From a virus: a DNA stretch of 45,817 bases. Position numbers and translations under genes: made by a program. The DNA lies in the IMG/VR virus record IMGVR_UViG_3300045520_000024; one strand, 5' to 3'. The notes beneath the pieces are model-generated. The model had not been told where the DNA came from, did not search any database, and was given only the letters and a program-made list of their open reading frames with translations. Positions 18,772 through 26,891 of the stretch are shown piece after piece (within the stretch, counting starts at the first letter, position 1; the number at the start of each line of letters is the position of its first letter).

Positions 18772-21108
18772 TTATTCATCCACCTCAGCGAACAACGTCT
18801 TATACCAACAACGGCAACTAATCACGTTATCAGCAGAAGCCCCATTTTCGCTATCTCGCGGAAACATTAATTTTTCACCATTTACAATAAAGAAATCCAT
18901 AAACCCAACACGTTGACCATTAGCATCTTTATGCCATTGTCTCGTACGGTCTTGATGAGCTGAACGCCACTCTTTACCAATGACAATACCTAAATCATAT
19001 AGTTGCAAATCAGAAGCAAACTGACCAGTTGAACCAGCTGAAAGAAGTTCAGTTCTTGCTATGGTCTCAGCTCTCCATTTATCAAACATGTAAGAACTTT
19101 CTAACTTTTTAGCAACGTCTTTAACGCTATAAGGTCCATCATTTAGCACCTCATTGATAACTTTCAACACTTCTTTTCTGTTGGTATCGACTATTTGAAT
19201 AGCTGTATTCTCAGCACGCCAGTTAATCCATTCCATTAAACGCTCATCTGTTTGATTAAACTGAACATCTACGAATACATTCAACAGATTCACGTTTCCG
19301 ATAACAGAAGTAACCTGAGTTAGCCACGATTCGACCACACCACGCCACAGCTCAACATCTTTATTCATTTCAAAAAAGACGTAAGTCATTAGCCAAAGCT
19401 CTAACTCGTCATCTGATTCTTCCTCTTCATCAGCACGAACATGCTTAATAGCTTGTTTTCGTTCTATTTTTGGAGGTTCTGGCGCTTTGTTTATGTTTTT
19501 AATGTAATTATCTAACTGCGCTTTTAATACACCTAAAAACTCATCATTTGCGATATCCATTGATGCATCTAATATCTGGTCAAATAACTGAAATATTTCT
19601 TCATCGCTTACTTGTTCTCCACGTTGCCCCCTTTTTCCCAAGAGGGCTTTACTGGGAAACTTTCGAATATAACGACCTGTTTCATCACCTTCTAAATCCT
19701 CATCGTCTTTAGGTTTAGCCTTAGACTGTAAAAAGGCTTGATAAGAACCTAAGGCATCTGACTGTTGCGGTTGTTTAGGCTCTCCAACAGCATCGTGACC
19801 AGTAATGACGTTCGATGCCTCATCATTATCAATCCAGCCTTGTTGAACTTTCATGATTTCATTGTTAATCTCAATTGCCTCAGCGTTAGCTTCTTGCGCT
19901 CTGTCTTTAGTTCTCACATCATTGAACGTGATTTTTACAGTGCTTTGGTTACCTTGGACACGTAAAGCAACAGTATAAGCTTTTTCAAGCAACCGCTTAG
20001 TAACATTTTGAATACTTTTTACACCAGCGATGTGTATTTCCCATTGGATGGAACCGTGCGTTTCAGTAGTTGACTCGTTCCGACCTAACAAAATAGGCAG
20101 CTGCTTCAATGAAGTAACTACCTGTTGATTAATGATTTCTATTAATGATTTACTATCCATTGATTTACCATTAGTACCACCAACAGTCTGAACTTTTGCA
20201 GAGTCATCATGAAGAAAGTCGTCATCTGCTTCTAGTTCTTCAAATTGACTAAAAACACCGTCCATATAGCTATCAACGAACTCTTGTACAGCCTCGTCCC
20301 CCTGATCCAATACATGTTGAGGTAAGTTTTTAAGTATCGCCTCAGCTGATACAGAGATATCAAAACGTGCATGTCCTTGATGATGAGCAACAGCTTTTAA
20401 ATCCCTTAACACTTCTGTTTGGAATAAAATAGCTTCAATAGCTGGCAACATAGGGCTACGACCGTAAGGATCATCAACATCTGGGTCAATCGGAACATAA
20501 AACACTTGCTCCATGTTTAACCTGGTAAATGTTCCATCGATTTTTCTTTCAACTAAAACTAGTTCCTCTGTTTCTTTATCCATAATGAAGTCCAGTCGTG
20601 ACGGTGAAATCACATGAAAATCTACTACATCATCAAGTGACTCGTTTAATTCAACCTCTAAAGCAACAGCTCCCTCAGTGTAACCAGTCAAATTAAGAAC
20701 ATTAATCAATTGATCAGTGCCGCCACTATATAACTTTCCTACTCGTTGAGCTAAATCAGAATTGATATACTCTTGCGCCGCTTCATCATTGTCTCCATTT
20801 TGGTCAAAGACCTCAACAGTATGACCTTGATTAGCTAAACGCAAGAAATTCCAGACTGCCATAGACGCATCCGGATTGATATCACGTAAATACTTCAAGG
20901 TCTCAAGAATATGTTTTTCTCTGTGAGGTGCTCGTCTTAAAGGCATGTCCTCATTGAGTAACCAACGTTTATAAAGTGGTGTTGTTTCTCTACCACCTTG
21001 CATTCTTGCCCTCTTAGCGTTCTTATGAACTGCTGTTTGAACACTTCTTAAATACTTTTTAGATTTATTTATCGCTCTTTTTCGTTTGTATCGTTGATAA
21101 AAGTTCAA
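18772..21108 (-). CDS. Portal protein fused to a Mu-F/SPP1 gp7-like minor head protein domain
   Basis: 778 aa directly after terL. The C-terminus ARTELLSAGSTGQF...TRQWHKDANGQ...NVISCRCW is the Mu F signature. Confidence 0.75.
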   Translation of the reverse strand: MNFYQRYKRKRAINKSKKYLRSVQTAVHKNAKRARMQGGRETTPLYKRWLLNEDMPLRRAPHREKHILETLKYLRDINPDASMAVWNFLRLANQGHTVEVFDQNGDNDEAAQEYINSDLAQRVGKLYSGGTDQLINVLNLTGYTEGAVALEVELNESLDDVVDFHVISPSRLDFIMDKETEELVLVERKIDGTFTRLNMEQVFYVPIDPDVDDPYGRSPMLPAIEAILFQTEVLRDLKAVAHHQGHARFDISVSAEAILKNLPQHVLDQGDEAVQEFVDSYMDGVFSQFEELEADDDFLHDDSAKVQTVGGTNGKSMDSKSLIEIINQQVVTSLKQLPILLGRNESTTETHGSIQWEIHIAGVKSIQNVTKRLLEKAYTVALRVQGNQSTVKITFNDVRTKDRAQEANAEAIEINNEIMKVQQGWIDNDEASNVITGHDAVGEPKQPQQSDALGSYQAFLQSKAKPKDDEDLEGDETGRYIRKFPSKALLGKRGQRGEQVSDEEIFQLFDQILDASMDIANDEFLGVLKAQLDNYIKNINKAPEPPKIERKQAIKHVRADEEEESDDELELWLMTYVFFEMNKDVELWRGVVESWLTQVTSVIGNVNLLNVFVDVQFNQTDERLMEWINWRAENTAIQIVDTNRKEVLKVINEVLNDGPYSVKDVAKKLESSYMFDKWRAETIARTELLSAGSTGQFASDLQLYDLGIVIGKEWRSAHQDRTRQWHKDANGQRVGFMDFFIVNGEKLMFPRDSENGASADNVISCRCWYKTLFAEVDE

Positions 21109-22577
21109 TCTTTCGACCTCCTTCCTCTTATTTTTGGCATTCTAGGTTTAAAGTCTTTAACTTCAAAAGGTTTACTCATTTTAACTAACGCTTGTGTCAT
21201 AGCATCCACGTCGTCATCATGAGCACCATTTGGAAATGATTCTAGTTCATCTAATATCTCATCAGACCACTGTTTCCATAACGGATGTGGCAAATAAACG
21301 TTACCTGCTTCCCAAAAAGGAGAAACAGCATAAGCTCTTACTTCTTTACCACCATCTGGATTAACTGGAACCATTCCAGCTATTTTCTTTTGCAACATTT
21401 CAATAACTGCTGAACCATTGGCTTTATCCTCAACATATTTAGCATGAGCGTTAGGCCATCTTGTTGTCATAGACTGAATAGCTTTCATTGTTTCAACTAT
21501 TCCCATACGTTCATGATGTCTATCTAATAAGTAATAATCAGCTGCTTTCTGCCCCCAAACATGACCAGCGACATAATCTGATGTTTCTTTGTTTTTAAAG
21601 GTACAATCCCAAGACTGGACTTGTCTGTCTAGGTCATCTGGTAAAATCACAACATCATCACTTAAACCTAGCTTAGTTCTCATTTCAATTGTTGGAACGT
21701 AAAACTTAGCCCATGAACGTCTAAAAATATCTCCTCCTGCAGGAGTCGGCCTCTGCTGATAAAGAGAAGCCCAACCACGAGAACCAGAAACAGCCTTTGT
21801 TTGTTTAGCCCATTCTTCATCTTTACCGATTTCAGGAGCCAACGACTCACCGATTTCACGACCTAATAAGTCTCCCTCTTCAGCAATAGCAGGTATCTTT
21901 ATTTCAACCCACGGAAGATTACCTTCTTTAAGCAATCGACCTGCTAAATCGTCCTCATGCCACCTAGTCATAATGATAATGACTGAACCCGTAGCAGATA
22001 AACGAGAGTAAAACGTATCTTGCCACTCAGCGTATATCTTATCCCTAATCGTTTTACTATTCGCCTCAGCCCTATTTTTGATTGGATCATCAATAATCAG
22101 AAGTGAAGAACCACGACCAGTAGCACCACCAAGGATTGATGTACTGTACAACTGCCCTAGATGACCATCAATTCCCCATTCCGAAACACTAGCCGTATCA
22201 GAACTGATTTTTAAATCGAATAATGATTCACTGTAAGTTCTGAATTTCTCACGGTTTTTACGACCAAACTTTTTGTAAAGTTCTTCTGAATATGAAACAA
22301 CCATTGCTAACTTTTCTGGATTCTTCATCAGATAGTATGCTGGGAATGTCTCAGTAATAAAAGTTGATTTCCCATGCTGTGGTGGCAATTCCACGATTAA
22401 AAATAATCTTTCACCATCTGCAATACGTTGCAAATAAGGTGCTATATACGTTTGGTGTCTTAACGGTGCATAGATACCACCGTGAGAATAAGAAAAGAAG
22501 TCAGCAAAATTACGTCTTGCTAACTCCTTTTTCGCTTCCTCTTTAATTTTATCCATATCAAGTTGAGTCGTTGCCAT
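21105..22577 (-). CDS. terL: Terminase large subunit
   Basis: Walker A PPQHGKS and Walker B LLIIDDP. The C-terminal nuclease region carries the acidic motif HDDDVDAMT. Confidence 0.85.
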   Translation of the reverse strand: MATTQLDMDKIKEEAKKELARRNFADFFSYSHGGIYAPLRHQTYIAPYLQRIADGERLFLIVELPPQHGKSTFITETFPAYYLMKNPEKLAMVVSYSEELYKKFGRKNREKFRTYSESLFDLKISSDTASVSEWGIDGHLGQLYSTSILGGATGRGSSLLIIDDPIKNRAEANSKTIRDKIYAEWQDTFYSRLSATGSVIIIMTRWHEDDLAGRLLKEGNLPWVEIKIPAIAEEGDLLGREIGESLAPEIGKDEEWAKQTKAVSGSRGWASLYQQRPTPAGGDIFRRSWAKFYVPTIEMRTKLGLSDDVVILPDDLDRQVQSWDCTFKNKETSDYVAGHVWGQKAADYYLLDRHHERMGIVETMKAIQSMTTRWPNAHAKYVEDKANGSAVIEMLQKKIAGMVPVNPDGGKEVRAYAVSPFWEAGNVYLPHPLWKQWSDEILDELESFPNGAHDDDVDAMTQALVKMSKPFEVKDFKPRMPKIRGRRSKD

Positions 22578-23307
22578 TGGCTAATCGCCTCAATTCGTCT
22601 TCTGTTAAGCCAGTAAAAGGATTAGATACTCCAATACTTCCAGAATGTTCTACTTTATCTAGAGCTTTAAAACCTCCACGATCAAGAATATCTTGGTAGA
22701 TGCTCTTTTTAAGTGATTGTAGTTTCTCCCAATCTTTAGACGGAAGATAATCTCTATAAAGATGGTCTTTTCTTCGAGCTAACTTATGAATATTGTTAGT
22801 AAGTTCAAAAGCTTCATCGCTCAACCCGTTTAATTGTTGATTCAACTCTTGTTTTAGCTCTTTGTTTTCAGTTTTTCGACCGTCAATGTCTTTGTTTTTC
22901 TCATTCAAAACACTAATATCACGATTTAACAAGGTTAGTTCATCTTGTAGCTCCCAAATTTCTTCTTGGAGAACCTCGACTTCATCAACAACCTCATCGT
23001 GTCGTTGAATTTTAGTATCGGTTTCAATCGCAATGTTCAAAAGACTAACAAAACTACGCAAACCCTCGTCTTCCATGCGTTTACGTAGATTCTTCATTTC
23101 TTCAACAATTTTTTGTTTGATGTACGGATGTGACAGTAAGGTCGAACCCTGTTGTCGAGCTGATTTAGGAGAATAACCTGCATCAATAGCTGCCTTAGTA
23201 GCATTGAAAGTATTCAAATAGCTCAATACAAACACATCGTACTTCTTTTTCGTTGCTTTAGTTGGTTCTTTGATTTCCGACAATGCTACCACCTTCTTTC
23301 TTTTCAA
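22558..23307 (-). CDS. terS: Terminase small subunit (Terminase_2-like HTH N-domain, long coiled-coil C-terminus); likely TTG start at 23283
   Basis: The motif YLNTFNATKAAIDAGYSPKSARQQGSTLL is present. There is an RBS (gaaggtgg) upstream of the TTG at 23283. Confidence 0.75.
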   Translation of the reverse strand: MKRKKVVALSEIKEPTKATKKKYDVFVLSYLNTFNATKAAIDAGYSPKSARQQGSTLLSHPYIKQKIVEEMKNLRKRMEDEGLRSFVSLLNIAIETDTKIQRHDEVVDEVEVLQEEIWELQDELTLLNRDISVLNEKNKDIDGRKTENKELKQELNQQLNGLSDEAFELTNNIHKLARRKDHLYRDYLPSKDWEKLQSLKKSIYQDILDRGGFKALDKVEHSGSIGVSNPFTGLTEDELRRLANGNDST

Positions 23308-23310
23308 TAC

Positions 23311-23346
23311 AAAAAAGACACATAACCCTTTGACAAGTTATGTGTC
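23311..23346 (-). terminator. Intrinsic terminator immediately upstream of terS
   Basis: Minus strand reads gacacataac-ttgtcaaaggg-ttatgtgtc followed by tttttt. Confidence 0.75.
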
Positions 23347-23515
23347 GAATAGCGCGATAGTCCTAGGTAACGATTTTCACGTCATCTTCCGTTTATCAGA
23401 CGGATGTTTGAATTAAACTAACCCTCGACCGCCGTACGCTATTTCTGATAAATCTATTTTCTTGGGAGGATGAGGGAACCACCCCTCAACTATTGGTGGT
23501 GGTTGTATGGCAATA
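23347..23515 (-). ncRNA. Candidate structured leader RNA (GC-rich, competing helices)
   Basis: There is no ORF here and the GC content is visibly higher than the surroundings. Helix 23477-83/23498-504 competes with helix 23471-76/23483-88 and with CCCTC at 23422-26. A long-range helix pairs 23348-54 with 23437-43. Confidence 0.35.
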
Positions 23516-24433
23516 TTATTTAAACGGTCGTTGATCGGATGTTAACTTACTGTTAAATGTTCCTTTTTTAGCTTTAACCCATTCTGCTTTAAAATAAATT
23601 CTGCATTCTTCAATGAAATCATCCATTATCTTTTCAAACTCATCATCTTTTTTTTCGCTTTTTTCAATAAATTCTAAAGTGTCATCATTCATTTGAGATT
23701 GTGCATATTCACTCAGAAATATTTCGATTTTTTCAACATAATTTAGCAAATTATCATTTTCTTTATTTTTACCAAATAATAATTTAAATTTGTATTTACT
23801 TTTAAAGAATACATTTAATGATTGTGTAGCTTTAAGCACCTCGTTGTTCATATAATCAAGCATAATATCCGCTTCTTCTTCTTTTCCTAATCCTCCATAC
23901 AATAAACCTTGCGCTGAATATCCTCTGTAAAGAATATAAGCAGCATTAGTTTCTGATGCACTTGAACTAATACTTGATGCTATTTCGCGAGCTAATTCAA
24001 GCCAGTCAACTATTGATTTAGAAATAATATCAGCATCTATCTTTTTTTGCTCCCATTTATCAGTTTGTTGAGTTTTTATTAATTCTATGCTATTTGCTAT
24101 TCTTTCGTTTTCGTTTTTCTGCTCACCTTGAGTTTCGATAATTTCATTTAATCTTTCTTTTATTTTTTTGTTATCTTCATGCATTTCTTTATTCGCATCT
24201 ATCTCATCTTTTGCAATTACTTGATAAACTTCCCTTAATAATTTTGCTCTATTATTTTTACCTTCGTTCACTTGATTTTTGGCAATAGATTCTAACTCCC
24301 TTTGAGTTTTTCTGTTACTTAAAAATATATTAAATCCATTATTAATAAAACTAGCTGCAATAGTACCAAATCCAATCGAACTTAAGACGGTCCACGTATT
24401 AATTTCCAAATCAACCACTCCTTTTCCATACAA
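23516..24433 (-). CDS. Membrane-anchored coiled-coil hypothetical protein (very AT-rich moron); possible TTG start at 24409
   Basis: N-terminal TM segment WTVLSSIGFGTIAASFI followed by a long Lys/Glu/Asn coiled coil. I recognised no known motif. Confidence 0.55.
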   Translation of the reverse strand: MYGKGVVDLEINTWTVLSSIGFGTIAASFINNGFNIFLSNRKTQRELESIAKNQVNEGKNNRAKLLREVYQVIAKDEIDANKEMHEDNKKIKERLNEIIETQGEQKNENERIANSIELIKTQQTDKWEQKKIDADIISKSIVDWLELAREIASSISSSASETNAAYILYRGYSAQGLLYGGLGKEEEADIMLDYMNNEVLKATQSLNVFFKSKYKFKLLFGKNKENDNLLNYVEKIEIFLSEYAQSQMNDDTLEFIEKSEKKDDEFEKIMDDFIEECRIYFKAEWVKAKKGTFNSKLTSDQRPFK

Positions 24434-24438
24434 TCATA

Positions 24439-25023
24439 CTAAAAAAGGGACGTTTGCGCACCATCAATTAGAGATTTATTCAATTTCTCCATACCTCTGT
24501 TCACATAAGATTGAACCGTTGACCTTGAAACTCCCATATATTCAGCAGTTTCTTGATAACTATTTCCTTTGGCCACAACTGAGTTAATTGCTTCTTTTTC
24601 TCTATCAGTTAAGCAACTCATGTAATCATCTAACTTCTTTAAATCATCATCTGATAGATTCTCACTATCAAATCTAAACTTATTCACTACAACTAAATCC
24701 ATATTGGACCATAACTGAGTACGCTGGTATCTTGAACGATTACTAATTTCACGTCTTGCTCCTGGTTCTTTAGCATCACGTAACCACTCAATTGAGTACA
24801 TAGAACTAGAGATAACTTCGCCTAAGATCTTTATTCTTTTTCTAGCATCTGCACGTTCTTCAACAATTATCGGTATTTTCTTCCATTTACCTTGTTCTTC
24901 GCACTCTTTTTTTAACTTCGATAAATAGGCTTCTTTTTTCTTTAAGAACTCTAATCGTTGTTTAACACCCTCTAAATCATTTATATATTCTCGCTCTAGT
25001 TCATCAGCATACTTCCAAGTCAT
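24439..25023 (-). CDS. Sigma-70 region-4-type late transcription regulator (Xpf/ArpU-like position)
   Basis: C-terminal HTH LTDREKEAINSVVAKGNSYQETAEYMGVSRSTVQSYVNRGMEKL. It lies just upstream of the packaging genes. Confidence 0.6.
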   Translation of the reverse strand: MTWKYADELEREYINDLEGVKQRLEFLKKKEAYLSKLKKECEEQGKWKKIPIIVEERADARKRIKILGEVISSSMYSIEWLRDAKEPGARREISNRSRYQRTQLWSNMDLVVVNKFRFDSENLSDDDLKKLDDYMSCLTDREKEAINSVVAKGNSYQETAEYMGVSRSTVQSYVNRGMEKLNKSLIDGAQTSLF

Positions 25024-25124
25024 AATTTATTTCCTCCTTAAAATAAAAAAAGAGGACACCTCAACAAACGTATTAAACGTTCATCAAGATATCCTCCAGT
25101 TGTCTGGTCAGATAATATTTAGTT

Positions 25125-25304
25125 TTAAAACTTGCTTTTAATTTTCTGTTCTACAAAAGTGACTTTTTCGTCATGGCTAGTAATTTCTACAATTCCAAAC
25201 TTTGGCAATTCCGCTGCTTTCATCTGGCCATTGCTGATAATCACTAGAGCATTCTTTCCTTCGAGTTCTTTTATATCGTTTAAATCCATTGTTTTTAGTT
25301 CCAA
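25125..25304 (-). CDS. Small hypothetical protein (59 aa from TTG 25304, or 54 aa from ATG 25289)
   Basis: RBS aaggag at 25313-25318. The ORF is MDLNDIKELEGKNALVIISNGQMKAAELPKFGIVEITSHDEKVTFVEQKIKSKF. It lies below the track cutoff. Confidence 0.5.
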   Translation of the reverse strand: MELKTMDLNDIKELEGKNALVIISNGQMKAAELPKFGIVEITSHDEKVTFVEQKIKSKF

Positions 25305-25318
25305 TCTTGCCAGCTCCT

Positions 25319-25381
25319 TGTTATAATATCGTTATCAGGCGATTTATTTGAGTGGCAAGAGTGATCTTGCTGCTTTTTTTA
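25319..25381 (+). ncRNA. Candidate ~45-nt antisense RNA unit (extended -10 plus terminator)
   Basis: TGTTATAAT at 25319-25327. A hairpin gcaaga-gtga-tcttgc (25355-25370) is followed by a T7 run. Confidence 0.3.
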
Positions 25382-25434
25382 TTTGTCATTTTGTTGTGTA
25401 TATAGGATTTGAAGTCTTTTTCCAGTTCAATTAT

Positions 25435-25463
25435 TTGATAATATTTTAAAATAATGGTATATT
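25435..25463 (+). promoter_or_regulatory. Sigma-A-type promoter of the plus-strand island
   Basis: TTGATA, a 17-nt spacer, then TATATT. Confidence 0.5.
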
Positions 25464-25529
25464 GATTAATGGAATTTCGTTATGACTTATCGAGTCGCCT
25501 TTTAATCTACATCAGAAAGGAGAATGTAT

Positions 25530-25679
25530 ATGACATTCAATAACAAACAATTAGAATATCGTGTAACACTAGACACAGAATTAAACTTATTCATCGTTTT
25601 TTCAAAAGAGGATGAATCTAAATCTGCAACTGGTACAACGATTCAAAACGCAGTATCTGAATTACAAAAAATTGCATAA
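25530..25679 (+). CDS. Small protein (49 aa) with weak resemblance to a HicB-like antitoxin fold
   Basis: RBS gaaaggag. The ORF is MTFNNKQLEYRVTLDTELNLFIVFSKEDESKSATGTTIQNAVSELQKIA. It has its own terminator. Confidence 0.5.
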   Translation: MTFNNKQLEYRVTLDTELNLFIVFSKEDESKSATGTTIQNAVSELQKIA

Positions 25680-25720
25680 GGAGTAACTTACCTAATGAAT
25701 ATTTCATATTCGTACTGAGA

Positions 25721-25760
25721 GCATTTACCTATTTCCATGACAGGTAGATGCTTATTTTTT
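25721..25760 (+). terminator. Intrinsic terminator
   Basis: A 10-bp stem (gcatttacct / aggtagatgc) is followed by ttatttttt. Confidence 0.75.
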
Positions 25761-25832
25761 ATATAAAAGTCTATTTATAAGCTTTTAAAACGTTTTCGTG
25801 TTATACTTGTCATATAGAAGGGAGATGGAGAT

Positions 25833-25940
25833 ATGATGAATATTGGAAACTCTGTAATCGTTCCACACAGGGTGAAGAATTTCAAAACACTAAATCGATC
25901 CCTGTCCAAATTATGGCGTAACCACAGAGGCGCCCCATAG
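25833..25940 (+). CDS. Small basic peptide (35 aa, MMNIGNSVIVPHRVKNFKTLNRSLSKLWRNHRGAP)
   Basis: Extended -10 TGTTATACT at 25799-25807 and RBS gaagggag. Its own terminator follows. Confidence 0.4.
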   Translation: MMNIGNSVIVPHRVKNFKTLNRSLSKLWRNHRGAP

Positions 25941-25980
25941 AAAGAGCATTCTTCAGAAATTTGTTGAGTGCTCTTTTTAT
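25941..25980 (+). terminator. Intrinsic terminator
   Basis: Stem aaagagca / tgctcttt is followed by a T-run. Confidence 0.55.
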
Positions 25981-26088
25981 TTGTCTCATTTACTCTATTC
26001 TCTTCGCAACCTATCAATAATTGTATCAACGAGCTATTACTTGTTATTCGTGTTACACTTAACTTGTTCTAGAAAGGACATGATTTTT

Positions 26089-26370
26089 ATGAATAATATT
26101 GATATGACTCTCAGGATGATGCTCAACAATATTAATAAATTTAAAAATGTTGGACCCAGACCGTATACAAATCCTAAATCACCTATGCACACACCTAGAA
26201 ATAACTTTTCTTTTGCTATGGAAATGATAACGGAACATAGATTATCTACGAAAACTAATGGAGCTGATATAACTAGTTATCAAGACGCTTGTGTTTTAAC
26301 ACCGCTAGGCAGTAGATATTTAGAAATGTTAAATTTAGAATTCAGACATGTTTATACTTTTTACAATTAA
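26089..26370 (+). CDS. Hypothetical protein (93 aa, MNNIDMTLRMMLNN...)
   Basis: RBS gaaagga before the ATG at 26089. It is followed by the strong terminator at 26386-26422. Confidence 0.55.
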   Translation: MNNIDMTLRMMLNNINKFKNVGPRPYTNPKSPMHTPRNNFSFAMEMITEHRLSTKTNGADITSYQDACVLTPLGSRYLEMLNLEFRHVYTFYN

Positions 26371-26385
26371 TAAAATTTATTAATC

Positions 26386-26422
26386 AAGACTGATATCGCT
26401 TTTTAGCTATCAGTCTTTTTTT
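26386..26422 (+). terminator. Intrinsic terminator closing the plus-strand island
   Basis: A 10-bp stem (aagactgata / tatcagtctt) is followed by a T7 run. Confidence 0.75.
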
Positions 26423-26532
26423 ATACTCATTTTGACTATCAATTGAGCAAACTTGATAACTTCATCTTTACTTTTATTATCTAAATTTTCCAGATTGCCT
26501 TGAACTTTTTTTAGTTTGTCTAAATACCCCAA
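26410..26532 (-). CDS. Possible 40-aa ORF (TTG start, MGYLDKLKKVQGNLENLDNKSKDEVIKFAQLIVKMSIKKD)
   Basis: A strong RBS (aaggagggg) lies about 5-6 nt upstream of the TTG at 26532. Confidence 0.3.
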   Translation of the reverse strand: MGYLDKLKKVQGNLENLDNKSKDEVIKFAQLIVKMSIKKD

Positions 26533-26710
26533 ATGTTCCCCTCCTTGTGTACTAAGGCATAAAATTTCTTAACAATACCTTTCTCATTTTCTTAGAAAAA
26601 GATAGCATTCATCTTCATTTTTTGGTAATGTATATACAAGCTTCAACTAGCTTTATCTAATATTTATAAGTCTCTTCCCTATCCCCATAATTCTTATTTA
26701 TATTAGATAT

Positions 26711-26738
26711 GCCTATCTTTCAATGGATAGGCTTTTTT
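26711..26738 (+). terminator. Intrinsic terminator T1 in an ORF-free region
   Basis: Stem gcctatc / gataggc is followed by tttttt. Confidence 0.6.
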
Positions 26739-26770
26739 CTATTTTCCTAAAATAAAAATTATGATATAAT

Positions 26771-26797
26771 TCATTCCTGTGGGGATGAAGATTTTTT
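26771..26797 (+). terminator. Terminator-like hairpin T2
   Basis: Stem tcattcc / ggggatga (with one G-U pair) is followed by a T6 run. Confidence 0.4.
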
Positions 26798-26815
26798 AAA
26801 ATCTTTCGGGGAAAG

Positions 26816-26840
26816 GCTTGCTTCTTAGTAAGCTTTTTTT
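26816..26840 (+). terminator. Intrinsic terminator T3
   Basis: Stem gcttgc / gtaagc is followed by a T7 run. Confidence 0.55.
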
Positions 26841-26891
26841 ATTTACCTAAAATTATTACCATCTTGTCTTTCAACTTGATATATTTGCATG

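Noticed and set aside
23388-23404. tRNA-like anticodon arm (5-bp stem, loop CUGAUAA, which would read as anticodon GAU)
   Set aside because: I could not build an acceptor stem, a proper D-arm or a T-arm with a TPsiC-type loop around it. I therefore treat it as one hairpin of a larger leader structure and not as a tRNA gene.
23311-23515. Hammerhead or other small self-cleaving ribozyme, or a cos site, in the GC-rich gap before terS
   Set aside because: There is no CUGAUGA...GAAA hammerhead core on either strand. I favour headful packaging because of the portal-MuF fusion and the terminase types. I cannot exclude a cos or pac role without terminus data.
25132-26029. Track ORFs 25132-25326 (+) and 25775-26029 (-)
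   Set aside because: The first is antisense to a small ORF that has a strong RBS. The second runs across two plus-strand terminators and the 35-aa gene. Neither has an RBS.
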